Source: Verrucomicrobiaceae bacterium (GTDB lineage Bacteria > Verrucomicrobiota > Verrucomicrobiia > Verrucomicrobiales > Akkermansiaceae). From it: a DNA stretch of 64,000 nucleotides. The stretch spans positions 1 through 64,000 of the forward strand of contig JBPOGH010000021.1 of assembly GCA_051252135.1 (NCBI GenBank), in the 5' to 3' direction. A program made the position numbers and the translations under genes. The notes under the pieces are model-generated. The model worked only from the letters and a program-made list of their open reading frames with translations, did not search any database and was not told the origin of the DNA. This document shows positions 48,234-58,900 of this stretch, one piece after another (within the stretch, counting starts at the first letter, position 1; each line of letters starts with the position of its first letter).

Positions 48234-49265
48234 GTGAAATACCCCGCTTTCCTCGCCACCTTCGCTCTGGCCCACACCCTGCTGGTCGCCCAACCCAACA
48301 CGGCCAACCTCACCCTGGTCGATGAAAGCGGATTCAACGAACTCGACATCTCCGTCCGCGCCCTCACCCTGAACGATTCAGACACCGCCATCCTCACCGG
48401 ATTCATCAACATCTCGCTCAACATCGACCCCCTAACCGGAAAAACCGATCAACTCGGAGTCACCGAATCAGAGGTCGCCGCATCCGATGTCTCATTCAAC
48501 CTGAGCAACTTCCTCCTCTCCGCGGAACTCGACGCCAAAGGCCTCATGGGAACCGCCAGCACCCCCGGCGGCACCAGCCCCGTCAACGAAGCCGGAGAGT
48601 TCGACGCCGCCCTTCACGAGGTCACCATCAACTCCGGAACCCTCAGCGGCGAAGCCAATGGCGACCCCATCAACAACGACATCTCCGAAACCCCCATCAC
48701 CGGCACAGGAGCCGGCACCGGCACCATCCTCCTCTCCAATCCCGTCCCGGGACCCAATGGCCGGATCGACTACGATGTCACCCTCACCATGCCCGTCACC
48801 CTCAGTGACGATATCCCCACCGGCGTCGTCATCTTCGGAAACGAAGTCATGGCCACCATTCAGGTCTCCGGCACCGTGAAAGCCACCGGCACCACCTACA
48901 CCTACCTCATCCCCGACTACCCCGATTGGGCCGCCTCCCAACAACTGGCAAGCAACAGCCAGACATCCTTCGACATCACCCCCCTCATGACCAACTCACT
49001 CGTCCATGCCCTCGGGTTCGACGCCACAAATTTCCCCGGCCAACTCCTCACCCACAGCGCCCATGGCCTCACCTTGGCAATGGCTTCCTCCCCCGTCCGC
49101 AGCAACGTCACCATCGAATACTCCTCAGACCTCACCTCCTGGCGCACCGCACCCGAAAGCCACTTCACCACCGGCAGCCCCAACCTCTCCCCCGGCCACC
49201 TCGGTGACCTCCTCCTCAATCCGCCGGGCCCCCGCGCCTACTACCGCTTCGTCCCCTCCCCATAA
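48234..49265 (+). CDS. Secreted hypothetical protein with Verrucomicrobia-type C-terminal domain
   Basis: Signal peptide; Y.DWA; EYSSDL.SW; YYRF. Confidence 0.65.
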   Translation: MKYPAFLATFALAHTLLVAQPNTANLTLVDESGFNELDISVRALTLNDSDTAILTGFINISLNIDPLTGKTDQLGVTESEVAASDVSFNLSNFLLSAELDAKGLMGTASTPGGTSPVNEAGEFDAALHEVTINSGTLSGEANGDPINNDISETPITGTGAGTGTILLSNPVPGPNGRIDYDVTLTMPVTLSDDIPTGVVIFGNEVMATIQVSGTVKATGTTYTYLIPDYPDWAASQQLASNSQTSFDITPLMTNSLVHALGFDATNFPGQLLTHSAHGLTLAMASSPVRSNVTIEYSSDLTSWRTAPESHFTTGSPNLSPGHLGDLLLNPPGPRAYYRFVPSP

Positions 49266-49298
49266 AAAAGGTGATGTCCGTCTCCGGACACCACCTTC
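49266..49298. terminator. Terminator between convergent genes
   Basis: A6-GGTGATGTCCG-TCTC-CGGACACCACC. Confidence 0.65.
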
Positions 49299-49323
49299 AA
49301 TAAGGAATAACAATGAATGAACT

Positions 49324-50007
49324 CTAGCGTCGGCGACGCAAAAGAGTCAGTCCCGCAAGTCCGGCCAGCAAGCTGGAGGACAACTCGGGAATGGCGGTCG
49401 CATCCAGACGGATGTTGTCAAAATGGGTACGCCCGCTCGCGCTGTTGTCACCAAGAAGAATCACCAGATTCTCACTCGGCACCACCGCACCGGTCACAAA
49501 GACCAAAGCAGGCGCATCGGCAAATTGGTCTGCCGTAACATTGGCTGCCGCGTCCCATTGAGCCGAAGCCAGATGGCTCGAATCAGCGAGCACCGCCGCC
49601 GTATTTGCGAGAGAAGCGGCACCAAGATTGGCAGCACCAGCCAACAAACCGTAGGTCGAGGAATTCACCGCCGTATGGCCGCTCCGATTGCCTGCCGCGA
49701 TCGAAAGCGTATATTGGGTGTTAGGCTGAAGTGCCACTCCGGTATCCTGCCAAAGGTAATAACCCGTAGTCACCCCTACGTGGTTGTTCCCATCTGCCGA
49801 AAACCCGGCGATATACTCACCAAAGGCTCCGCTGTTTGAGACTCCTCCGGCCTCTGCCCAAGACGGGCTCAAATCGTTGGACCAGTCTCCCACGTTAGTG
49901 ACTCCCGTAGTCGATTCGAAGCTGCTGTTGGCTACCGTGATAGCTGCGCCATGGGCCGCTACGATGGCAAACCCCGTCACGCATAGATATGTTAGTAATG
50001 ATTTCAT
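49324..50007 (-). CDS. PEP-CTERM protein
   Basis: Signal peptide; IPELSS + hydrophobic helix + RRRR. Confidence 0.85.
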   Translation of the reverse strand: MKSLLTYLCVTGFAIVAAHGAAITVANSSFESTTGVTNVGDWSNDLSPSWAEAGGVSNSGAFGEYIAGFSADGNNHVGVTTGYYLWQDTGVALQPNTQYTLSIAAGNRSGHTAVNSSTYGLLAGAANLGAASLANTAAVLADSSHLASAQWDAAANVTADQFADAPALVFVTGAVVPSENLVILLGDNSASGRTHFDNIRLDATAIPELSSSLLAGLAGLTLLRRRR

Positions 50008-50094
50008 AATTTGATGTCGCCTCGAAAATACTCACTTTCAGCGCCTCTCGACAATCACAAAAAATCATTTTTGACACAAAAATGCACTTTCCTG

Positions 50095-53000
50095 TCAATT
50101 CCGATAAGGCTTTCCCCTCAAATAGAACGCTCTCGCCTTAACAAACCCCGGAATCAAGGCATCCTCGCCCGCCCCCTTGGCTAGCTCCAAGCCCGTGCTC
50201 ACCGCCTTCAACGCCTCGGAATATCGACCCACCTCAGCATACGCTGCTGCCAGAGTATCCCAATAGGTCGCCTGTTTCCCACCCGTCACTTCAATCGCCT
50301 TTTCGGCCCACTGCACCGCCGCCTTCCCATCTCTCACCCGCGCATCCTGATGAGTCGCAAACTGCCACGCCACATTGTTCATCACCACCGGATCCTTCGT
50401 CCCGTTCTGCAGCGCATTGAGATAAAATTTCACCCCTTCTCCGGATTTCCCCTTCGCCATGTACTCATCCCCGATCCAAATCAACAATCGGTCAATATCC
50501 CGATGCAGTCTGAGTTGTGCAAACGCCCGGCGCACGTAATCCGCTCCCGCATCCAGATACCCTCGATCCAACAAATCACGAGGCACATGCAACAAATCAA
50601 CCGCCTCCACCGGATCAAGCCAATACCCCTTTCCTCCCAACGCCCAATCCCGAATCCCTGAGGCCTCTCGATCCCCTTTCAAAGCCTCATCCATGACCTC
50701 ACCGAGATCGCTGACTGAAATCTGACCACGACTGAACGCCACCAACTCCCCCTTCCCATTGACCAAAAAAGACGAAGGCGCCGAAAAATCATCCCCCGTC
50801 TTGTAGAGTCTGCTGAGAATATCTGCCAGAAGTGCCAGCGAAGCTTCATCCACTTTCCCCCAATTGAAGGGAATCTCCCGCTCCTTCACAAACCTCCCTG
50901 CTTCCTCCAGCGACACCTCCCGATTCACCATCAATCCCAAAACCGCGACCTCCCTCGGAAACTCGCCCCAATCCCTCTTCCATTCATCCAACTCCTCCTC
51001 ACATTCCACGCAGGTCGGATCCCACATGTTTAGGAGAAAAGGCCGTCCCGTCGCGGGATGCCACATCATCTTTTTCCCTTCCTGATCGTCGTAAAAGAAA
51101 GGAGGCAGCGGCACCGCCAGAGGCAGCCGGGACCATGGCGAACCCTGGCCTCCCTTCCCTGCCAAAGCCCCTTCTTCCGGTTGCTTACCCCCCACTACCT
51201 TCACCTCCTTCAAAACGCCTAATCCACGCCGACAAAGATAACGCTTCCCTGATTTGACAGCACCCATCTCTTCCCACTCTCCGTCCGGCCAACGTACCCG
51301 AATCCCCTCAATCTCCTCATCCCCCAACCCAATGTGAAGCCACCTGCTCGATTGACCTAAAAAACCCTCTCCTGCACGGAGACTCCTGAGCAGCTTCCGT
51401 CCATTCCCAAGGGCCACTTCCACCCGCGCACCCAATGGATCCAGAAACGCGTCCGACTCAAGTCCCACCTGAATCCACTCTCCTGGACCCGACACCTCAT
51501 TTTTCAAAAACCGAACCCGCGGCGCGGTTCGGTTCGACATCCACACATCCATCCGCCCGTCCGCATCCCAGTCGACCAAGGCCAACGCCCTCGAATCATC
51601 GGGAAAATCAAATCCGCTCGCTGCTGACATCGTCGCAAATCGCTGCCCGTCCAGATTCAAAAATGCACAATTCTTCTCCCTCCCGCTCAACGAGCCACCC
51701 GTCCTCAACCGATACGTCATTTCCTCCCAATGCTGCCGGTGCACCGAATCCGGATTCTCCAGCTCCTTCTCAATCTCTTCCTCAACCGGCGTCCGCGACA
51801 GAACCTGTCGCCACCAGAAACTTCACAAATCGTCCGGATCCTTGCCCGTCACAAAACCATTCGCCACCAACAAATCCTCCCGCGAATCATTGTTCAAATC
51901 CACCGCCATCGACGCCCAACTCCAGCGACCCATCGCAATCCCGCTCGCCGTCGAACAATCCTCAAAGGTCGTCCCCCCAAGATTTCGCAACATCGTATTC
52001 CCCCTCGCCATCGCCAACATCGTCTCCCTCACACTCTGATCCTTCCCCGCCTGAAACCAATCCTGCCGCGCAATCCGGTTTCCCGCCCCCGAATACATAT
52101 TGCTGATATGAAGATCAAATCGCCCGTCCTGATCAAAATCCGCCGCCGTCATCCCCATTCCAAACCCGCCATCCTTCACCCCCGGCGCATCCGAATGATC
52201 CTCAAACCTCCCCTCCCCCACATTCCTGAAATAATTGTTCGGCCCAAAATCATTCACCACAAAAAGGTCCTGCCATCCGTCATTGTCAAAGTCCTCCCAC
52301 AGACACGCAAAGCTCAACCGGTTGTTCCCCGCCTCCAGCCCCGCCTCTTCCGTCGCATCCACAAACACCCACTCCCCTTCATTTCTCAACAGCACATTCC
52401 GACCCCCGTTCCGGGCGTCATAGACCGGATAAGGATGGGGAAACGCTCCCCTCGCAGGCTCTCCATCCTCTCCCACCGTCCCGTGATACTGGCACACAAA
52501 CACATCCGGATCACCATCCCGGTCAAAGTCCGACGCCCCCATCCCATACCCGTGGGGTAACGACTTCAGCCGAAATTTCTCCGTAAAATGTCCCTCCCCG
52601 TCGTTGCTCAAAAACACCACCCCCGCCGCCGTCGTCAACACCACATCCCGGTCCCGATCACCATCCAAATCCACAAACAACGCCGCACCCGTATTATCCC
52701 GAATCTCCAGCCCACTCCCCTCGGCCTCCACCAATGCCCCCTCCTCCGTCCGCAACCACAGCCGATTCCTTAGCCCCGCAATCTGACAAAGATACACATC
52801 CTCCAGCCCATCCCCGTTCACATCCGCCACCGAAATCCCCGTCTCCCCAAATTGATCCGGCTCAAACTCCGCCGGCACCCGCTCCCGCCAGTAAAAATTC
52901 TCCTCCATCAACTCCCCGTCATCGCCAGCCCCCTCCGGTAGCAATCCGCTCGTCCGCTCCACAAATATCCGCGCCCCCTGCACCCGGACCACCTGCCCCG

Positions 53001-53508
53001 ATACCGCCTCCGCTCCCAAAAGCCGCAACTCCTCACCCGCCACCTTCCACTTCGATTCCCACCGACCGTTATACTCCGTCCGGTCCTTCCCCTCCACCAA
53101 CACCGAGACCAACTGCGTCGTCTCCAGAACATCCCCCGCCACCCTTACCCCGATCACTTTGAATTTCGACGTCGACACCGCCCCCTCCCCCCAACTCTCC
53201 GGCCACTTCTGCAGCGCACCCAAAAATTCATCCACCCCCGCCACCTTCTCCCCACTTGCCACCATCTCCCGCACCGCGATCCCCCCCTTCAGAACCTCCT
53301 CTTCATCCTCCGGACCATCCAACTCACCCACACAATCCTCCGCCACATGAACCTTAAAATCCTCCTTCGCCTCACCCACATCCCAGAGGTGGCTCAACTC
53401 CTTCCACACCTCCCCCGCCTTCGACGCCAATTCCTCCTCCCGTTGCCCCTGGTCTCCCCATGCCAGACCCCCAACAGTCACCAAATAAAAAACAATTCCC
53501 CTCAACAT
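50095..53508 (-). CDS. FG-GAP/CRTAC1-like + ASPIC-UnbV + redoxin (CxxC) + TPR protein read through an in-frame TGA at 51823-51825 (probable Sec); about 1137 aa
   Basis: The two ORF-track ORFs are in frame and joined by DPDDL-TGA-SFWWRQVL with no other stop; DxN/DGDG repeats; GEGFLGQSS..LHIGLG..VRWPDG; WDPTCVEC; TPR end; SECIS-like hairpin at 51795-51811. Confidence 0.75.
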
Positions 53509-53516
53509 CTTCCCTA

Positions 53517-53727
53517 GGGAAGCGCTGATGAAAGAGGGAGTTCGCTGCTGCAAATCATTTTGAAGTCTGGCAAGACGCAAAGGGCGACGCTGATCATCAG
53601 CGGCTCCCTGAGCAACGCCACCAGACTCCAAAAGGGCTGCAGCTCCTCTTTCCACGGAAGCCAAGCTTCCCTGGCTAAAAAATCCTCTAAACCGTTCAGC
53701 GTGCTTCATCTTTCATCAGTGTTTCCC
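53517..53727. mobile_element. MITE-4 (211 bp) with TA duplication
   Basis: TIRs GGGAAGCGCTGATGAAAGA / TCTTTCATCAGTGTTTCCC, TA on each side; inner stem TTTGAAGTCTGG...CCAGACTCCAAA with AAGAC/AACGC core. Confidence 0.85.
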
Positions 53728-53815
53728 TAAGATTAAAACGAAACAAGATCCTCGAAAAACAAAAAGACAGGGCATCCAAAAAACACCCTGCCTGTGAATC
53801 ATCAAATCCCGCATC

Positions 53816-55771
53816 CTACGGCGTCGGAATCATCCCCTCCTTCAAACGGAAGAACTGCACCGGCTGCGTCCCGATATCAAACAAAAGGCTCAGCTCCTCC
53901 GTCGAACCGGCCGCATCAAACTGCGACCCCGGAAGTGGCGCGAAATCATTCAAGCTCGTCCCGACCTCCAAATGATAAGTCCTGCCATTGCGCAGATTGA
54001 CCGCCGTGAAATCCGCCTGATCGGACGAAACATCCACCCGCCAATCGACAATCCGTAAGGTCGTATCCACCGGCCCCGCTTGCACAATCTGGAATCCCGC
54101 TACCCCCGAGTTCGTTCCCAGTCTCGTGTGCGTGATCTTCAGATCTCCCTCCGTGATACTCCGAAAAATGGCGACCTGGGACGAAGGATTCGAGGCATCC
54201 GTGCTTTCCGTCACCACATAATCATCCAGCTGAAACCCTCCCTGGGAAGCATTCGTCGTGAAGTCGTAGCGACCCAGCTCAACATCACCCGCTCCCGAGA
54301 TCGAAATCTCCCCGATCCGGTCGTTTCCGTCCGATGCAAAGTAAACATAAACGTCGTAAGCCGCATAAGGCATATCCGAGAGCTCGATCGTCAGCTCCTC
54401 CGCCAAATCCGTGTTATCGATATAACCGGTAAACAACTTGGAATCTCCGCCATAGGTCGCGTCAGCACCCGGAATCCGGTTTCCGATCTGCCAGATCGTA
54501 TCGGCAGCCCAGGAAATCGACGTTCCCGCCGTATTCGTCAGGTTCACCCCGTCACTGTCAAACAACGCCAGATTCTCCAGACTGCTGTTATCGCCCACGA
54601 TCGATCCCGCCACCGAATTGACCCAACCCCTCATCGCCACTTCCGGATATCCCGCAATCTCCCCGCTCGCGAGAGGAGCACCATCACCGGCTCCACTCAC
54701 AAAGTTCACCCCAAAGCCCACCACCGATGTCACCGGACTTGCCGCATCCACCGGACTACTGCCATCCGCCACTTCCTGACCGTCAAACCGACCGTCACCG
54801 TCCGTATCCACCTTCAAGGGATCACTGCCATAATCAGTCTCATCAACAAAGGTCCCGCTTCCACTCTCCGGACCATCCTTCAACCCATCATTGTCCGTAT
54901 CCTCGTCAAGCGGATCGGTCCCCTTGTCAAATTCGTTCCCGTCATTGGAACCGTCCATGTCCGTATCCGGATTCTGCGGATCGGTCTCATCATTAAACTC
55001 ATCAAGATTCGTCCGGTTATCTCCATCCGGATCCCCGCTCGCACCATTGTCAGGATTAACCGAACCGTCATCGGTGTCATCCAATCCATGCTCGTTTTCC
55101 CACTCCACCGGAAGACCATCGCCGTCCGCGTCCACCCCACTGCTCGTTTCCAGCCGAATATTGTCAAAATGGGACCGCCCTCCGGTGCTGTTGTCACCCA
55201 AAAGAATTACAATCGTCCCCGTCGGCGGCGTCGGCCCGCTCTCAAAGATCAAGGGCGGCGCCGTCCCAAACGTCCCCGCCGGCACATTGGCCTCCGCATC
55301 CCATTCTCCCGATGCCACCAACAACGGATCCGTCAGCACCGCCGCCGTATCGGCCGCCGTTGCCAAACCCAAATTGTCCACCCCGCTCAACAAACCGTAG
55401 ACCGTGGCATTCCCCGCCGTTGTGTGACCTCCCCGATTTCCCGCGGACACCTTCAAGGTGTATACGGTATCAGCCTCCCACACCACTCCGGTATCAATCC
55501 AAATGTAATACCCGTTCGAAAGCCCCACATGTTGAGCCCCTTCAGCCGAAAATCCGCCAATGTTCTCAATAAAGGAATTCGCCGAGTCATCTCCGTCCCG
55601 CTCACTCCAACCTTGCAAAAGATTCACCCACCCTCCCGGACCCTGGGCCGGTTCCTCAAACCCCGCGTTATTGATCGAAACCGGCGCCGCCACGAGCGGG
55701 AGTGCCGATAAAAGGAGAAAAACCAAGGCTCTCAAGCCTCCATGCGATTGGAATAAGCTAAGTCGTTTCAT
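53816..55771 (-). CDS. Large secreted protein with TSP3-like Ca-binding repeats (start uncertain)
   Basis: Signal peptide; DADGDGL, DPDGD and DTDNDGL repeats; C-terminal FFRL. Confidence 0.75.
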   Translation of the reverse strand: MKRLSLFQSHGGLRALVFLLLSALPLVAAPVSINNAGFEEPAQGPGGWVNLLQGWSERDGDDSANSFIENIGGFSAEGAQHVGLSNGYYIWIDTGVVWEADTVYTLKVSAGNRGGHTTAGNATVYGLLSGVDNLGLATAADTAAVLTDPLLVASGEWDAEANVPAGTFGTAPPLIFESGPTPPTGTIVILLGDNSTGGRSHFDNIRLETSSGVDADGDGLPVEWENEHGLDDTDDGSVNPDNGASGDPDGDNRTNLDEFNDETDPQNPDTDMDGSNDGNEFDKGTDPLDEDTDNDGLKDGPESGSGTFVDETDYGSDPLKVDTDGDGRFDGQEVADGSSPVDAASPVTSVVGFGVNFVSGAGDGAPLASGEIAGYPEVAMRGWVNSVAGSIVGDNSSLENLALFDSDGVNLTNTAGTSISWAADTIWQIGNRIPGADATYGGDSKLFTGYIDNTDLAEELTIELSDMPYAAYDVYVYFASDGNDRIGEISISGAGDVELGRYDFTTNASQGGFQLDDYVVTESTDASNPSSQVAIFRSITEGDLKITHTRLGTNSGVAGFQIVQAGPVDTTLRIVDWRVDVSSDQADFTAVNLRNGRTYHLEVGTSLNDFAPLPGSQFDAAGSTEELSLLFDIGTQPVQFFRLKEGMIPTP

Positions 55772-55861
55772 CAGGATAAAGAATTTCGGTTCCATCAGGA
55801 GAATCATTTTTCCTGAATCTCGTGAGGGATAGCACACCTCTCTCCAGCCGTTAATCAAAAA

Positions 55862-55882
55862 TGTTCATTATTTTCATGAACA
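55862..55882. promoter_or_regulatory. Palindromic candidate operator between divergent genes
   Basis: TGTTCAT-N7-ATGAACA. Confidence 0.4.
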
Positions 55883-55931
55883 ACCTTTCCGATTGAGGCC
55901 TCGACATTGGCCTGCTACTCTTTCCGCCTTG

Positions 55932-58900
55932 ATGACCGCTCCATTCCGCTTTCTTTTTCTCATCCTGCCCATCGTCGCTCACGCCGCTCCGGTGTCGGTT
56001 GGTGATCACTCCTTCGAATCCAACGCACTCGCCAGCGGAGGCTGGACAAACGACCTCTCCCCCGAATGGCTGGAAACCGGAGGGGCCAACAATGGCTCCG
56101 GATTCGAGGAATACATCAATGGATTCTTCGCCCACGGAACCGATCACCTCGGCCTCAATTCCGGCCACAACGTCTGGCAGGACCTCGCCACCACCTACGC
56201 CTCAAACACCACCTACACCCTCACCGTCGCCGTCGGGAACCGTGCCGGACAAACCGCCGCCGGAAATCAATCCATCTACTCACTCCGCGATCCAAACAAC
56301 TCAACCTACGCCTCCGCCTCCGCAAACGCTTCCGCCATCGCCGGTGCCGGAAATTTCGCCGACGCCCCCCCTCTCACCTTCGACACCTCGACCAATCCCG
56401 CCGCCGTGGGCGAGACCATCCGCATCCACCTCTCCGCCGGAAACTCCGGCCGCACCCACTTCGATCACATTCGTCTCGATGCCACCCCAAACCTTCCCGA
56501 TGGCACCGCTCAACTGACCAACGGAAACGCCTCCGCCATCACCGACTCCTCCGCCACCATCGGCGGCACTGTCACAGACATCGGTGATGATGCCCCCACC
56601 ATCACCCTCTTCTACGGTCCCACCGACGGCGGCACCGATCCCGGAACCTGGGCCTCCTCCCTCAATCTCCCCGGAACCCACAGCAGCTCCTTTTCCGGTG
56701 CCATCTCCGGCCTCAATCCCGCCCAGGAATACTTCTTCGCCGCCCGCGCCACCAACTCCGGCGGCTCCTCATGGGCCACCCCATCCTCGAGCTTCGAGAC
56801 CCTGCCCGCCCTTCCCACCGTCACCCAATCCGCCTCCTCCTCCGTCACAGCCACTTCCGCCGGACTCTCCGCCACCATCACCGATACCGGAGGAGATCTC
56901 CCCACCGTCGTCTTCTACTACGGAACATCCGATGGCGGAACCACCACCGGCAATTGGACCAACTCGATCTCACTCGGACAAACTTCATCCACCGTCTCAA
57001 CCACCCTCACTGGCCTGAACACCTCGACCACCTATTTCTTCCGCGCCCGTGCCACCAACGCGGCGGGCTCATCCTGGTCCCCTTCCTCAGCCAGCTTCAC
57101 CACCACCACCGTCACCCCGCCCTCCATCGTCAACCGCGATCCCGCGAACCTCACCGGCACCAGCGCCTCACTCCGTGGCGAGGTCACCGATAACGGATCC
57201 GACACCCCCACCGTGACCCTCTACTACGGCACCACCGATGGCGGCACCACTCCGGGCTCATGGCAAACCTTCATCAACGTCGGCCCTGAAAACGGAAACT
57301 TCAGCCGCTTCGTTTCCGGCCTCACCCCGGAAACCACCTACTTCTTCACCTCCCGCGCCACCAACCTCGCCGGCACCGCCTGGGCACCCGCCTCAGCCAC
57401 CTTCACCACCCCCGCCGCCCTCCCCTCTTCGATCGTCATCAATGAAATCCACTACGACCCGCTCGATGAAACCAGCGCCGAGGAGTTCATCGAACTCTAC
57501 AACCCCGGCTCCCAGCTCGTCGATCTCTCCGGATGGCAGCTAACCGATGCCGTCACCTTCACCTTCCCCTCCGGAACCACCATCGCCCCCGGAGATTTTG
57601 TCATCATCGCCCAGGACCCCTCACGCATCAGCACCGTCTTTGGAAAAACCGCCCTCGGCCCGTGGACCGGTTCCCTCAACAACCAGGGTGAGGAAATTGA
57701 TCTCCGCGATCCCTCCGGCACCCTGCAGGATCAGGTCAACTACGATGCCGGTTTCCCCTGGCCCACCGGTGCCCGCGGCGGTGGCGGCTCCATGGAACTC
57801 CTCAATCCCGCCCTCGACAACGATCTCTCCGGCTCCTGGCGCGTCTCCGGCACCACTTCCGCCAACCCCTCCGTCACCACCTTCGTTCCCGAGGCCGACA
57901 CCGACTGGCACTACCGCAAGGGAACCTCGGAGGCCTCCTCACCCGTCTCCGATTGGCGGCAAATCAACTTCACCGAGGACGGCTCCTGGCTCACCGGACA
58001 GGCTCCCTTCGGCTTCGGTGACAATGACGACAATACCGTCCTTTCCGACATGCAAGGGTCCTACTCTTCCGTCTACCTCCGGCAGGAATTCACCGTCGAT
58101 CCACTCAATATCCCCCAGCAACTCACCCTCCGCGTCTATGTCGATGACGGAGCCATCATCTGGATCAACGGAGACGAAGTGGAACGCACCCATGTCGATG
58201 ACGGTCAAATCCCCTTCGATGGCACCGGTAATAACCACGAAGCTGCTTGGGAGGAATTTACCATTCCGGCAGCCGGAAACTACCTCGTCGGCGGCACCAA
58301 TGTCATCGCCATCCACGCTCTCAACGTCGGCCGGGGAAGCTCGGATTTCTCCATCGACGCCTCCCTCACCTCTGGATCCTCCACCGGCGGTAATGGCACC
58401 CCCACCCCCGGCGCCTTCAACTCATCCTTCTCCACTCTCACCCCTCCCGCCATCAGACAAGTCGACCATTCACCGGAGGCCCCCACCGACTCAGACCCCG
58501 TCACCATCACCGCCAAAATCACCGACCCCGAAGGCATGGGACCCGTCACCCTCGACTACCAAACCGTCGATCCCGGCTCATACATTCGCCAAACCGATCC
58601 CCTCTATGACACCTCCTGGACCACCGTCACCATGGTGGACGACGGCACCTCCGGCGACCTCCTTGCCGATGACTCCATCTACACCGTCGTCCTCCCCGCC
58701 TCCCTCCAAAACCACCGCCGTCTCGTCCGCTACCGTATTCACTTCGAAGACAGCGCCGGTGCCTCTGACACCGCACCTTACGCCGACGACAAACAACCAA
58801 ACTTCGCCTACTTCTGCTACAATGGCACCCCCTCATGGGCCGGATCATTCACTCCCACCAGCGCCACCGAGACCTTCCCTCCCGAACTGATGGGAAGCCT

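Noticed and set aside
53509..53709. N-terminal extension MKHAERF... of the FG-GAP ORF
   Set aside because: Encoded by MITE-4; a signal peptide begins at the ATG at 53508.
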